Part shown: positions 1 through 14,160 of the stretch, in pieces
Numbering within the stretch: position 1 is the stretch's first letter
Layout: the number at the start of each line of letters is the position of its first letter
Source of the DNA: Octopus bimaculoides
Lineage: Eukaryota
Reading direction: 5' to 3'
Assembly (NCBI RefSeq): GCF_001194135.2
Contig: NC_069005.1
Coordinates: 19,851,887-19,915,886, forward strand
Length of the DNA stretch: 64,000 nucleotides
Notes under the pieces: model-generated
What the model was told of the DNA's origin: nothing
What the model saw: only the letters and a program-made list of their open reading frames with translations
Database searches by the model: none
Position numbers and translations under genes: made by a program

Positions 1-49
<49 letters not shown>

Positions 50-2758
50 TTACAACTGTCATCATCATTGTTTTACATCTGCTTTCCATGTTAGCAAGGG
101 TTGGACAGGTCATTGCTAATGATCAATGATTTTCAACCAGGGTCAGTATGGTCTTTTGGAGTCCATATAAGATTTTGTTGTAAAATTTATGTGCAATGAA
201 TTGCTTCTACTTCTACAATACACAAAATATTTGAATTTTTTAATACAATTCCTAATTATATCTAATTATAAAAATACAGTAGAATTGTTTTTAATATACA
301 TCAGATGGCTATGGAGGTGTTGTAGAATAGAATAGGAATCAAAGGAGTCCATAGGTAAAAAATGGTTGAGAATCACTGATCTGGATGGTTTGGAAGACCA
401 CATAATATTCGTTTATGGTGTGTTCTCTATGGCTAGTTGCTCTTCTATTTTACAGTGTGTGTATAAATACATGTATATGTTAATATATATGTGTTTGTGT
501 GTGTTTCTTTGTTCCTGACGGCCAGTGTTGGTTTGATAATGTCAAAAGCAGCTGATAGAATAAGTGACAGGTACGGGGGTTGATGTGATCAACTAACTCT
601 ACAAGGGTGGTGCTCCAGCATTGACACAGCCTAATGGCTGAAACAAGTAAAAGAGCGAAAAAGTGTTTAGAGTGTTGCTCTCATGGTTGCAAGATCATGG
701 CTTCAGTTCCTTGACCAGATGATGGGTTGTGTTTTTGAGCAGAGCATTTCATTTCATGTTGCTCTGTGATGACTTTGACATCCTGATGTGTGGCACATTT
801 GTACAGACGATGTCTCTTTGATGGAAGGAGTGAACTAACGTACAACACAAACATTTTGTCACTATAAACAAATCAGCCGTGTAAGTTATTCAGTGAGAAA
901 TTTCATTTGTCTATGTATCATGCTAGATATCACTTTCCTACTCATTGAAACTTGGCCATTGGTAATCAGGTATCTTCTGTGCTATCTGAAAAAATCCTGT
1001 CTTTAAATACATCTTAAATGTGCAACAGCAACAACATCATCATCATCATTTTTCCATGCTTGCATCAGACAGAATCCATTGTGGCAGATTTTTTACAACC
1101 AGATACTCTTCCTGTCACCAACCCTCACCTGTTTCCAGGCAAGCTAATATTTTCCCATGGCCAGACATGTTTCTCATAAGACTGGAAACAAACCTCAACA
1201 TCACTTACATGACAGCAATGCTTATTTAAAACTATCATGTGATGTCAAAACCAGGACACGGACACACACACACACACACATGATAGGCTTCCTCATAGTT
1301 TCTATTTACCAAATTCATTCACATGCATTAGTTGGCCCACAGCTATAGAAGAAGATACTTGCCCAAGGTGATGCTCACTGAGGCTCAACCCAAAACTACA
1401 TGGTTGCAAAGCAGGCTTCTTAACAACACAGCTATGTCTGTACCTGTATGTGGAATTCAGTAGACGGAAAGTGTGTAGAAGCTATCAGCGTTGACTAAAG
1501 TAGTGTCTCACTGGGCTTCCCAGTGACTGGAAGGTGTGTAGGTAATTAGCAGAATTTTAGAAAAAGCAACAAAACCTGTTAAAAGTGGATGAGATCTTTG
1601 CGAGTCCAACAACCCCCATATCCTGAGGGGGAGATTGGTGTTGCCAAGATTATCAAAACCCAGCGAAATACTTGGATGGGCTGCTTACTGCTTCATATTC
1701 TTGCTTGATGGCACTGGGGTCATTCCAAGTTAGTGGTCCCAGAGGTGTCAGCATATGTAGAGTTGACCAGGTCCATCACTGGCAGTCCTGTGCCAGCCCT
1801 TCTACATCCTCCAAGATGATGTCAAGACTTGGATGGGAGTTAGAACAATATTTAATTCCATACGGGACTTGTTGGAACTTGCCCTTGCCTAAGACCAAGA
1901 GAGGTGGATGTACTTAGTAAAAATATTCAGGTACTCTAGTGACAAAAATTTGACTTGTATTCACTTTCTTGTTCATTGACAGTACCCTCTGACATTTCAT
2001 CACCTCCGTCTCATTTTTCCCATTTGGGGTAGCCTTGTATCTCCTCTACAGAAAAACACCTCTTCTTGTCCCTCTGTCATACTTTTTAACCTCTCATCTA
2101 GCGAAAAGCCACCTCCTTCAATGGTACACCCATTTGTTACTCAGTTGAAACATCTTGTCTTGTAAGTTATTTGGTGATCTCAGTGCCCCAAAGAATTTTA
2201 AGAAAAAGCACCCAATACATTCTGTAAAGTAGTTGGCATTTGGAAGGGCATCCAGCTGTAGAAACTATGCTGAAGCAGACATTGGAGTTCAGTGAAGTCC
2301 TCCGGCTTGTCAGATTCTGTTGAACTGTTCAACTCATCCCAGCATGGAAATCAGATATTAAATGATAATAATGATCATTATTGTATGTGTGTGTGTGTAT
2401 AAAAAGTATTAAATTGGCTGAGTCATTGATATGTTAGATTCATTGCCTGATTGTATTTGATTGGATTCTCTGTATTCTGGGTTCAATTCACACTGAGGTG
2501 AGCTTTGCCTTTCATCTTTTTGGGAGTCAATATAGATATTAAAAAAAAGGATACTAATTCAGGTTGGTGGATTGACAGAATCAGTAGCTCTGCCTTCTGA
2601 GTTCAAATCCCGCTCCATCATCGGAAAAAGGGTGACACTTCTTTCAGGAGCTGGGACCAATAGATTGTATCAGTAATTTGTAGTACCATTAGAATTAGTT
2701 TCCTTTGTTTGCTTGGAAGATTTCCAGAATAACATTACTCAATAGGGTACATAGCTCT

Positions 2759-3015
2759 GACATCAGGGAGTCTCTCCAGGTTGAGCTGCTACTTCTCTGC
2801 TTTGAGAGTCCAGTACTATGGACATGTAATTAGAATGTCACAGGAAAGAATTGTAAGATAGATTCATCAATTTGAGCCAACCAGCTAAAGATCTAAGGGT
2901 AGATCAAGACTGAGATGGTTGGATAATATCCATAGTCTCAATTGGTTAGGCTTGGGAATCCAGCTAGAAAGAGTAATGATAGTTGGTTTTAATAGGACCC
3001 TATGGAGGAGGTGGC
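2759..3015 (+). mobile_element. RTE-clade LINE 3' fragment, degenerate
   Basis: With one frameshift and stops: DIRESLQVELLLL..E/QYYGHVIRMSQERIVR*...RSKGRSRLRWLDNI...NRTLWRRW. Confidence 0.65.
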
Positions 3016-3705
3016 TGGGGATTGTACCTCTCACAATCTTCCCAAGAATAGTGAGTGGAGAAGATGGGTGATCAGAAAATCCGCTATGACCTCCACCACC
3101 ATCACATATGTATGTCTTTTTTCTTGTTTACATCAGAGAAAGATACAGACATCACAAAGAAAAGCATAAAAATGCTGGTGCTTTTTGAATATAGTTCCTT
3201 GAGGTAGTTGCTCTGTACCAAGTTACACAGGCACTCCTTTGTCAGGTTCACCACTACAGAATACAAACTAATGAGACTGGTTGATTAATTACAACATAAA
3301 ATATATATAAAATACATAACTGGCCATCTATGTGTCATACTGAAAGTCATGGTGCATATGCATTAGGTATGATATATAGATGGCTAATTTAATTCAACAC
3401 TGCTTTGATTCCGTACACCCAGTTTTAGTTCACCCTGACAGCTAATCATAGTATCTATAAATTCATTATTCACTCTTTCCTATAACAGAGATGGGGAAAA
3501 TCTCATCTAGGCACATGATGATTGTGAGTAAACATCATTGATAACGTACAGCTAGGCTGAAATGCATCTGGTGTTCTTGCTGAGTGATGCTGACATAAGT
3601 TTTCATCTACTGCTGATTTATATTTTGCTTTTGACTCAGCATGTCTCAATGAGATTTTATCTCAGATAAAAGCCCAGTATCTTGCCTGTCAACAGTGTAT
3701 AAACA

Positions 3706-4467
3706 TTAACCCTTTAGCATTTAAACTGGCCATATCCAACCAAAATATTTTACCTGTTTTAGCCTTAAACCAGCCAAATCCTGCCTCTCACAATTACCCT
3801 TTATTATCATTCTAAAAACGAACAACCATATCATTGAAATCTCAAAGCTGTGAGATGATGCCTGATTAATTCAAAACAGTGTGAATAAATAAGCTCTACA
3901 TTTGAGAGAGTGAAGGTACATGGTTTAGTGGTTAGTTCATTTGGCTCAAAATTGTAAGGTCATCAGTTTGATTCCCATTTGCATGTTCACCTTGAGCAAG
4001 ACACTTTATCTCATGCTGTTCCCATCCACTCAGCTGGTAAAAATGAGTTGTACCTGTAATTGAATGGACCAGCCCTGTCTCGTTTGATATATCATTTTGG
4101 ATCTCCCTGAGAACAATGTTAAAGGTACATGTGTGTGGAGTACTCGGCTACTTACGCTTCAATTTCATGAGCAAGCTGTTTGGTTGATCTGATCAACTGG
4201 AACACTTGTCATTGTAACTGACAGAGAGCCCAACCACATGAAATAAAGTGTCTTGCTCAAGGTCAACATGCAGCTGGGAATCACTCATGACCTTACAATT
4301 TTGAGCCAAATGAACTAACCACTAAGCCACATTCCTTCACTCTCTCAAATGTAATGCTTATTTATTCACAGTTTTGAATTAATCATGAATTAATCATGTT
4401 TTGAATTAAGCATCTCATAGCTTTGAGATTTCAACGGTTGTTTATTTTTAGAATGCGAATGGGTTAA
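3706..4467. mobile_element. Composite piggyBac-type MITE carrying a SINE C insertion and an inverted duplication
   Basis: TTAA ccctttagcatt ... aatgcgaatggg TTAA. Arms about 3808-4015 and 4237-4455 are reverse complements. Confidence 0.65.
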
Positions 4468-4679
4468 GTATGATGTACATAGATGGTTATTACGAGTTAA
4501 TGTTACTTCAATAGAGTACCCTAGACACTCTGTCGATAGAGTACCTTGGACACTCCGTCGTTAGAGTACCCTGGATTCTCTATTGATTTATAAATATGAG
4601 TCCTAGCATAGGTTTAAGGCTGCAAACTGTTTTGCAGGAGAGAGAGGTGTAGGCATTATATAAATGTCTGTATTTGACT

Positions 4680-5020
4680 GCTACTTTATTTTATCATCCA
4701 GGAAACATAAAAGGTACAGACGACCTTGCTGGGGTTTGAACTCAGAATGTAAAGATGCAAAGCATTTTGTTAAATATTCTAACAATTCTGCCAGTGCTAT
4801 ACCCTTAATTTTCAACATAGTCACAAGCCACAGATTTGGAGGTGTGTACGTGGGGAGGGACATAGACAATTAAATTGAATCCAGTACTTCATTGGTACTT
4901 TATTTTATCAATCCCGGAAGTGTGTAAAGCAAAGTTTACCATTGAAGGGGCTTGAACATGGAATATAAAGGACCCCAATTAAATAACTGTAGAGTATTTC
5001 ATCCTGCACTCATATCAACT
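4680..5020 (-). mobile_element. Degenerate SINE family A copies, reverse orientation
   Basis: tttgaactcagaatgtaaag...ttctgccag, and a second partial copy with gtactttattttatcaatccc. Confidence 0.55.
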
Positions 5021-6224
5021 GTGCCATCTAACTTCAAGTTAATTGCAATTATAACTAATTGAAATATCCTAACTTAATTAGTGGGTAGGATAGGGGTGGG
5101 GTGTGCCTGGTTTGATTGTGGTGGTGGTGGTGGTGGTGGTGTTTGGTGTTAATGAAATGATTGCAAAGTTCTACCTGTCTTGCCCTCACTCCAAAAAACC
5201 ACTGCAACCCCACCACCACCTCCTCCTCCACCACTGTCTGCACCTCACTACACCACACCGCATTTCATTACATACACCAAACCACACGTTGCCACAGCAC
5301 CACACCTGACATTCATCCTCTCCCCATGCCCCATCCCACCTGCACCCTGCTCTACACACCCATCTCATCTCATCTTACCCACCATTGCAACCCCCACCCC
5401 ACCTTGAATTATTTTGAGGTAGTATTTCCACATTTCTGAACAGCTGAAGTCATTTGATGTGGTAACGGTGGTGGTGGTAGAAGAGGGGGGAAATGGTATT
5501 AGTAGTGGTGGTGGGGTAGAGTGGAGCAGTGATGGTGGTGGGGTAGATTGGAGCAGTGATGGTGGTGGAGAATGGCAATGCTGTTTTTATTTGCACCAAA
5601 CACCCTTACTGCCACCCTACCATCGCAGTCACCATCATGAGTCACAACTAGGCCCCTTACATGGTCAACTGACCTGCTAAAAATAGCAGACAAATCTCAA
5701 CCTATCACACAGAGAGAAAAAAGTGAGGAAAGACACATTAGATTAAATGATGATATAGTCCCAGACACAGTGTTCTGATAAAAACAAAGTGAATGAATAA
5801 GATGGGATGGTCATGGTTGGAATAACTTTGATCATAGGTTTACTTGATGGATTTTGATCTATGAACAAGCATGGCTGTGTGGTTAAGTTGCTCACTTTGT
5901 AACCACATGGTTTTAGGTTCAATCCTTCTGCAGGGCACTTTGGGCAAATGTTTTGTACTATGACCCTGGGCTGATCAATGCCTTGTAGGTGAATTTAGTA
6001 GATGGAAACTGTGTGTGTGTCTGCGTGTCCTCTAACTGGTGTTGGTTTGTTTACATTTATTAACTTAGTTCAGCCTAAGAATTCAATGGAATAAGTAACA
6101 GACTTAAAAAATATAAATATTGGGGTTGATTTGTTCAACTAAACCCTTCAAGTTAGTGCCCCAGCATGGCCACAGTCCAATGACTGAAACAAAAGATAAA
6201 AAGAAGCTACAACAATCTAGGGAC

Positions 6225-6525
6225 AGGCATGGCTGTGTGGTAAGAAGTTTGCTTCCCAATCTCATGGTTCCAGGTTCAGTCCCACTGCATGGTACCTTGG
6301 GCAAGTGTCTTCTACTAAAGCCTTGTAAGTGGATTTGGTAGATGGAAACTGAAAGAAGCCTGTCATGTATGTCTGTCTGTGTTTGTCCTCCACCGCTGCT
6401 TGACAACTGGTATTGGTGTGTTTATGTCCCTTAACTCAGCAGTTTGGCGAAAGAGATAGAATAAGTACCTGGCTTTACAAATAAATAAGTCCTTGGGTCA
6501 ATAAGTCCGACTAAAATTCTTCAAG
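6225..6525 (+). mobile_element. tRNA-derived SINE family B copy
   Basis: ggcatggctgtgtggtaagaagtttgcttccc...ggttcagtccc...ggcaagtgtcttctact...gatggaaactgaaagaagcc. Related copies near 5870, 9770 (-), 11308, 43700, 50572, 60286 and 63600. Confidence 0.75.
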
Positions 6526-7134
6526 ATAAAAGATATATGGCTACTACCATCAACACCATCCCTACCACCAGCAATAACACCAACACCCCAATCCTCCACC
6601 TATTCACCCTCCACCATCCCCACTAATATAAACCTTCTCTACCACCACCACCACCACCACCACCACCACCAATTTCCCCTCCCCCACCCTCTGTTCCACT
6701 ANNNNNNNNNNNNNNNNNNNNNNNNNNNNNNNNNNNNNNNNNNNNNNNNNNNNNNNNNNNNNNNNNNNNNNNNNNNNNNNNNNNNNNNNNNNNNNNNNNN
6801 NNNNNNNNNNNNNNNNNNNNNNNNNNNNNNNNNNNNNNNNNNNNNNNNNNNNNNNNNNNNNNNNNNNNNNNNNNNNNNNNNNNNNNNNNNNNNNNTCTCT
6901 CTCTCTCTCTCTCAATTTCCCTCTTCCCTTTCATCTTCTCAATTTTGTTTTCCAGTCTCCCTTTTATCTTCATCTCTGTGTCTCCATCTCTGTTAATTTT
7001 CTCTTCTAATCACCCTCTCTTTATTCTATCCCACCATATCTTTCTCTCTCTGTGCCTGTCTGTCTGACTGTCCATCCATCCATCCATCCATCCACCTATC
7101 CCTCTATCTATCTATCTATCTATCTATCGATCTA

Positions 7135-7167
<33 letters not shown>

Positions 7168-7184
7168 CCTCTCCCCCCTCTCTC

Positions 7185-7215
<31 letters not shown>

Positions 7216-7699
7216 GACATTCATCACTTTTTCCATCCCCTCTCGTTTCCTCATTCTATCATTCTTCTTCCTGTCTTCTTCATCCTCTCCATCTTTGTTT
7301 CTCTCGCCTCCCATTTCTTTTCTTTTTTTTTCTGTTTCAAAATATTTCATTTCCGAGATTTTGTTTGATTTTTTTAAATTATAACAGTACTAGTAGTGGT
7401 GGTGGTGGTGGTGGTAATGGTGATAGATGTTGTATTCCTGTAACCTGTGTTTAAATAACTGGCTAGTTTAGCTATCTTTAGGTAGGTAGATCCAGGGTGG
7501 GCGGATGAAGAAGACAGCTAGAACTTATATGGTTTGTATGGGTAGCAATGTTGGGCAGTATAGGTAGGTAGAAAGTCTTTAAAGGTAGCCAAATAGTGAG
7601 ATACTTAGAAGTGGATAGACACAGATTCATAGAAAAGCAGTCAGTTTAGTAGATAAATACAGAGATAGACAGATTGCTTAGTAGAGAAAAGTGCAAAAG

Positions 7700-8065
7700 C
7701 TCAAATCACTTTAGGAGACAAATATACAGGTAGACAGATAGTTTGAGACAATTATATAGGTAGGTAAGTGGTCAAGGAGACAGATATGCAGGTTGATAGT
7801 TTAAGAGACAAAGGCATAGATAGATAAATAGCTTTAGATGGCAAATATGTAAGTAAATAGAGGGTTTTAGTAAGACAAATATACAGGTAAACTGATAGTT
7901 CAGCAGACAGATATACAGGTAGACAGTTTTAAGAGACAAAAGTGTAGTTTCAGGAGATAGATATACAGGTAGAGAATTTTGGGAAACAAATATACAGGTA
8001 GACAGTTTTTGGAGATAAATATATGGGTAGACAATTTTGGGAGACAAATATACTGGTAGACAATT
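7700..8065. repeat. Degenerate minisatellite, about 29-30-bp unit (gagacaaatatacaggtagacagtttt)
   Basis: About 10 diverged copies visible. Confidence 0.7.
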
Positions 8066-8457
8066 TTTTTTTTTGTTGGTGCCATATTATAAAGATTGTA
8101 ATTGAGAGGTGTCAGGATTGTAATAGTGATTATTTTAAAAATATTTTCTGCTTAAATATGTAAGTATTGCAAGTGAGAGGTTTCTCATAACTCAGTTTAT
8201 CTTAGGTAAGTGGACAGATAGTTCAGACAGGCACCCGCATGGATAGACAAAGATGTGGGTGGTTAGATAGATAGATGATGACTTATGTGTATATATATAN
8301 NNNNNNNNNNNNNNNNNNNNNNNNNNNNNNNNNNNNNNNNNNNNNNNNNNNNNNNNNNNNNNNNNNNNNNNNNNNNNNNNNNNNNNNNNNNNNNNNNNNN
8401 NNNNNNNNNNNNNNNNNNNNNNNNNNNNNNNNNNNNNNNNNNNNNNNNNNNNNNNNN

Positions 8458-8716
8458 AAAATAAATAAATGCGCCCTTTTAAAGCCTATCCAGGCTCATG
8501 GGCCCGGTTTCTCGGTTTCAATGGTGTATGTGTTCCCCAGCTGGGTGGGACGCCAGTCCATTGCAGTGTTACTCATTTTTGCCAGCTGAGTGGACTGGAG
8601 TAACGTGAAATGAAGTGTTTTGCTCAAGAACACAACGCGTCACAAAATCCAGGAATCGAAACCACAATCTTACGATCATGCTGCTGACACCCTAACCACT
8701 AAGCCACACGCCTCCA
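8458..8716 (-). mobile_element. tRNA-derived SINE family C, well preserved
   Basis: Minus strand ggaggcgtgtggcttagtggttagggtg (A-box)...ggtttcgattcc (B-box)...cttgagcaaaacacttc...ccactcagctggcaaaaatgag. Related copies at 3912-4230 (+) and 9230-9510 (-). Confidence 0.8.
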
Positions 8717-9172
8717 CATGTGTATATATATGCACTCACATTCAGACAGACAGATGGGTGAATAAATGGATGGATGGATGGATGGATAGGTTAAATACAC
8801 AAGTTTGTAAATAGCAAGGAATGCTAATAGATAAAGATCTTGTGATAAATAGGGAGGTATGTTTGTAGATCTAGAGATACAGTGATTACATATTTATATC
8901 ATAAATATCATTACGTCAGACATACACACATGTGTTTGTGTGTGTGTATGCTGTCTGCTTGAATAAGCACGGAATCTTTTGAATTCGCATGGGAGAGGAA
9001 AGGGTCAGGTGGGTGTGACATTCATGGTTTTTTTCTCAAGGACATCAAAAGTAATGTCAGCGAATCTAATCCAGGTAGGAATTGAAACTGGGTTACAGAA
9101 TTGGCAGCCTGCCCAGTTCATATCACGTCACAGTGCATGTGTTACACACAGAAACACATGCACAACATGTAT

Positions 9173-9224
<52 letters not shown>

Positions 9225-9554
9225 ACTCTTCCATCGAAGACATGTGACGATTCGGCTCTTTTGCCAAATGACCTGCACAAACGATAATTTTTTTATAGTA
9301 ATCAAATGTATGTGCTGTACATTAGTCGACTCCCTCCATCAAATTGACGTCTGAACAGGTGCATGGTGTCCCACGTGTCAGGTGTTGAAGTGATCACAGA
9401 GCAACGCGAGATAAAGAGTTTTGCTCAAGAACACAAGATATTACCCAGTCTAGGAACTGAAATCACGATCACTTGATCATGAGTTCAACACCCTAACCAC
9501 TAGGTCATGTGCCCTCTCTCACACACACACACACATATATAAAGTTGTAATAAT

Positions 9555-9652
9555 GAAGTCAAACCAAATAGTGATATTTTGAAATCATATAATGCATCAT
9601 TTTATAAATACAATTTAAATGTTTTCAAAATATCACTATTTGGTTTGACTTC
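9555..9652. repeat. Perfect 30-bp inverted repeat, 38-nt loop
   Basis: gaagtcaaaccaaatagtgatattttgaaa (9555-9584) and its exact reverse complement at 9623-9652. Confidence 0.95.
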
Positions 9653-10463
9653 GTTTTGCTGAACTGCTAAGTCATGGGGACATATACAAACAAACACTGG
9701 TTGTCAAGCAATAGTGGGGGACAAATGCAAAGTTACACACAGATATATACATATATATATTCAGGAACCTTCTTTCAGTTTCCATCTACCGAACCCTCTC
9801 ACAAGGCTTTGGTTGGTCCAGGGCTATAGTAGACAACACTTGCCCAAGGTGCCATGCAGTGGAACGCAACCCAGAACCATATAGTTGTGAAGCGAACTTC
9901 TTACCACACCACCATTCCTGTGAGTAACTCATTAGTAGTTTTAACATATTATGTATTATGTTTATCTCTAGTTTCGTTTAACACACAATAGCTACTCACT
10001 TGGCTGTGTAAAGTGTTAACACCGTAACAACTTATATATATATATATATATATGCTACATAAATGCACCTGTGCCAGTAGAATGTAAAAAGCACCCAGTT
10101 CAGTCTGTAAAATGGTTGGCATTAGGAAGAGCATCCAGCTGTAGAAACCATGCCACAACAGACAGTTAGTGTCTGGTCAGCAGGCCAGCTCCTGTCAAAC
10201 CATCCAGCCTATGCCAGCATGGAAAGCAGATGTTAAACAATGATGGTGATGACATGAACATATAGTGTGTCTGTGAAAATTTCTTTTCTCATCTCGCTGG
10301 AGTATCAATTAGATGTGTGTAGGGCAACAAATGGAAGCCACATCAAACTGCACTAAAGTGCACATAAACTTTATTAGTTGGTCTCTCATTTAACATGTAT
10401 ATGAAATGTGTAGTGTTGCAAGTTACACTGATAGTTTTGAAATCCCACCATGACTTTATGGAC

Positions 10464-10503
<40 letters not shown>

Positions 10504-11307
10504 ATATTTTAATAGAAGTTGATATTAGGAAAGACATGACTTTGTTTGTAAGCTCTTATCCAGAAGATCTCTGATCATAGATATTCCAGCTGTGAATATT
10601 CCATCAGTTTAGAGGATGTTATTTACTAACACATTATATAATATGTCCTCCCATTCTTATTTTTAAGAGAGTAGAATATAATTTGAGGGAGGTTTGGCTG
10701 TTATTTATCTGGCTCACTTCAATGATTTATCTACAATCTGTCATGGGCTACTTCCAGGAATTTATGTTTTGGAAGTGGGAGGGAAGGCAGAAGGGATGTT
10801 ACCTCTTATTCTCTTTAATTCTCTCTATCACTCTCTGTCGTTCTTTTTTTCTGTCTTCCTCGCCTTTTCTGTCTACACTTAACTCTTTCTTTCTAAACCA
10901 CCCCCTCATTCAGCCATTACCCTTTCTTCCTCCAATATGCCATTTCTCTCTCACACACACCCAGACACACTTTTCTGGGACCCTTGAGATCAAGTAAATG
11001 ATTACCTTGCAAAAAAACAAAACAAAAAACTCTAGAAATGCCTGTTTTAACCAATCGTCTATCCTACTCCACCCACTATTCCAGAAAGCATGTTGGGGTA
11101 GAGCCTTCATGTACCCCTCCATAGGGTCCTATCAGAAGCTATCATCATTAGGCCTTCCATCTAGATTCCTATGTATAACCAACCAATATTTTATGTTTTA
11201 AAACTAAAAATTCACAAAAAAATACGTACAAAATCATTGCTTATTTCACTTCATTAGTCATAGTTGTGTTAAAACAAATTATGATACATTTTTTAAAAAG
11301 ATGCTTA

Positions 11308-11690
11308 AGGTGTGGCTGTGTAGTAAAGAAGCTTGCTTCCTCACCACATTGTTTTGGGTTCAGTCCCACTGCACAGCACCTTGGATAAGTGTTTTCTACT
11401 ATAGCCCTGGACCAACCAAGGCCTTGTGAGTGAATACTTGGGAAACAGAAACTGAAAGAAGTTTGTATGTGCATATTTATTGTCCCACCACTATCACCAC
11501 CACATAATAACTGGTGTTGGTTTGATTATGTCCTCGTAACTTGGTGGTTCAATAGAAAAAAACCATACAGTATGTAGCAGACTTCGATAAAATGTAAGTA
11601 CTGGAATTAATTTGTTCAACTAAAACCTTCAGTGCAGTGCCCTAACATGGTCCCAATCTGATGATGCAACAAGTAAAAGATAGAAGATAT
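11308..11690 (+). mobile_element. SINE family B copy
   Basis: ggtgtggctgtgtagtaaagaagcttgcttcc...gggttcagtcccactg...gaaactgaaagaag. Confidence 0.7.
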
Positions 11691-13094
11691 TAGTTTGACT
11701 TTTCTAAAGCCTTAAATAATTCTTTTTTAAAAAACTTATGGCACACAAGCAGTTACAGTAAGCCTGAGAACTGCTTCTCTGTTCCAACCATCCTGTCTGT
11801 CTGGTTTGATCTATCAGCCTCTTTGTTTGTGTCTCTCTGTGCATCTCTATTTGTCCGATCTGTTATGTCCTCTATCTGTTTGTTTCTTCCAGTTTTCTTC
11901 TGTCCCCTGTCTGTGTGTCCCTATTTGTCTGTCTGTGTCTGTGTGTTTCTGTATGATATATTCAGTTCTGTTTGTTTGTCTCTGTCTAATCTAGTCTGTC
12001 TTCCGTCAGGCCATGTGTTCCCTGTCTGTCTGATTCGTTCAGTCTTGTTGATGGTGTCTCTTACAGTCCTGTCTATCTCTCTGTCTCGTTACCCCACCAC
12101 CACCACCATAAGCTACCTTACCATCCCCTTAATATAAACTGATTTCTTTCCCCCCAACCCATCACAATACAATTGTATTTATAAACGATTAGCCATGCCC
12201 CTTTTCTTCCCCATTTACACAGACCTTGACCAACCTGTCCATCCCCAATATTTTACTTTCCATTGTTTATGAATTTGTTTCTTGTATTGTTTTTTGTGTT
12301 GTTTTACGATGTTGTTGAGTTCAAGTCCATAGCCATCAACAGCCTGGATACTTATCTACACAATCGCACACTCCCTCTTGTACACACACACATAAACATC
12401 GTTTATACACTCTTTCTGACATGTACATCTATCCTTACAATCATATGTAAAAAAATTATGTGCACTCACTTGCATGTAAATGTAGGCTAGCAGGTAAGTG
12501 CATAAAACTGGTATGCACACATATACTAGAGATACAAGAGATATATGCACACCCATATAGGCATACATATACATTTGTGAATATATTTGTACATTCATAT
12601 GTAAAGGCATGTTAAGAGTGTTGCATTCACAATTGTAAGGTGAGGGTTTCACTTCCCAGACTGGATGGTACATTGTGTTCTTAAGTAAAGCACTTCATTT
12701 CCTGTAGCTCCAGTTTATCCATCCATCCATCCATCTTCTCCATCCATTGTTCCAGGATGGGTTGTTGGACTAGAGTGCTCAGCTATCTCATCCATGGGCT
12801 CCTGTTAGAAATCTTTGTCACTTATACACCTTGGAAACCAGTTTGAACTCTGGCCTTATGAGTCCAAGGGCTCATGACAGACTTAAAGTAAGTAAGCATA
12901 TGTGTAAAAACTTCCATGTACACCCATGCACAATGCATGTATATAACCATGTGCACATACATTTACACATGCACATATTTTTACATGCATATGTGATATG
13001 TAGACATGTATACACTCAGATTCGCATATGTATTTAGATGTAAGTACCACAGTCCACATTCAGTGAACTACACACACACACACACGTGCACGTG

Positions 13095-13137
<43 letters not shown>

Positions 13138-13269
13138 TATGGGAAGACTTCTATAACTTCTGTAGTCATTTAACTTGCTAAATATAGCAGCTAAACTTCC
13201 TTTTATCAACTCCGCCTTACTATATATCTATAGTGCCACATGTTTTGATCTAAAAAGCTGGCTACACAT

Positions 13270-13493
13270 TTAACTCTTTAGCATTTAAACTGATCATATC
13301 TAGCCAAAATATTCTGCCTGTTTTATTTTCAAACTAGCCAGATCTGGCCTCTTACTTGTACCCTACAATGACATTCTAAAAATAAACACATCATCAAAAT
13401 CTTGAAACTACAACATAATGTATGATTAATTCAAAACAATGTGAATAAATAAATATTACATTTGACAAAGTAATCTGAAAGTTAAAGGGTTAA
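13270..13493. mobile_element. piggyBac-type MITE (TTAA-bounded, about 224 bp)
   Basis: TTAA ctctttagcatt ... aaagttaaaggg TTAA. Internal sequence shared with 3706-3905. Confidence 0.6.
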
Positions 13494-13499
13494 ACATAT

Positions 13500-14160
13500 A
13501 ATTGGGATCACATTTTAGGTCCATTTGTGTGTCAGGCCAACACATGTGCAATAAATAGGCTCACATGTTTGATTGTGATTACATCTTTATTGATAATTGA
13601 TAGTTCCATGTTTTTAGACACTTGTATATCGGAACAGATAATAAAGAAGATAATAAAGATAATGAGACCACATGTCTTAATATATAAATGGGACCGTGTT
13701 TTAGGATGTAAATAGGGCCACATGTTTAGTATATAAATAAAATTACATGTATGAGACCACGTTTTAAATATATGAATGGAACTATATATTTTACTATAAA
13801 TGTAAGGTCACATGTTTTAATATGAATAATACCTGTTTTGATATGTAAATACATAAATGAGATGACATAAATGAGATGACATGTTTACATATATAAATAG
13901 GACTATGTACTTTAAATATATAAATAGAACTACATAATTTAGTACATAAATAGAGCCACATGTTTTAATTTGAATAAAACCACATTTTAATATACCATGT
14001 TTTAATATGTTAATAGAACAACATGTTAAATACATAAATGGGATCACATGTTTGCATATATAAATGGGGCTTCATGTTGTACATATATAATGGGAGCCAT
14101 GTTTTATTATGTAAATGGAACAATATGCATTAAGTATTTGAATGTGACACATGTATTTAA
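13500..14160. repeat. Degenerate minisatellite, about 29-bp unit (atatataaatgggaccacatgttttaa)
   Basis: Recurrent ataaatgggaccacatgttt variants. Confidence 0.7.

Noticed and set aside
1500-1920. GC-richer stretch with an 81-aa ORF
   Set aside because: Probably a decayed retroelement piece; no motif could be assigned.
3912-3980. tRNA-like A/B boxes here and in other SINE heads
   Set aside because: They continue into SINE bodies and are degenerate; not tRNA genes.
4512-4580. Three 25-bp direct repeats
   Set aside because: Contiguous minisatellite without unique spacers in eukaryotic DNA; not CRISPR.
12809-12888. Candidate exon with donor AAA|GTAAGT
   Set aside because: Weak acceptor, no recognisable peptide, and phases do not fit the other exons.
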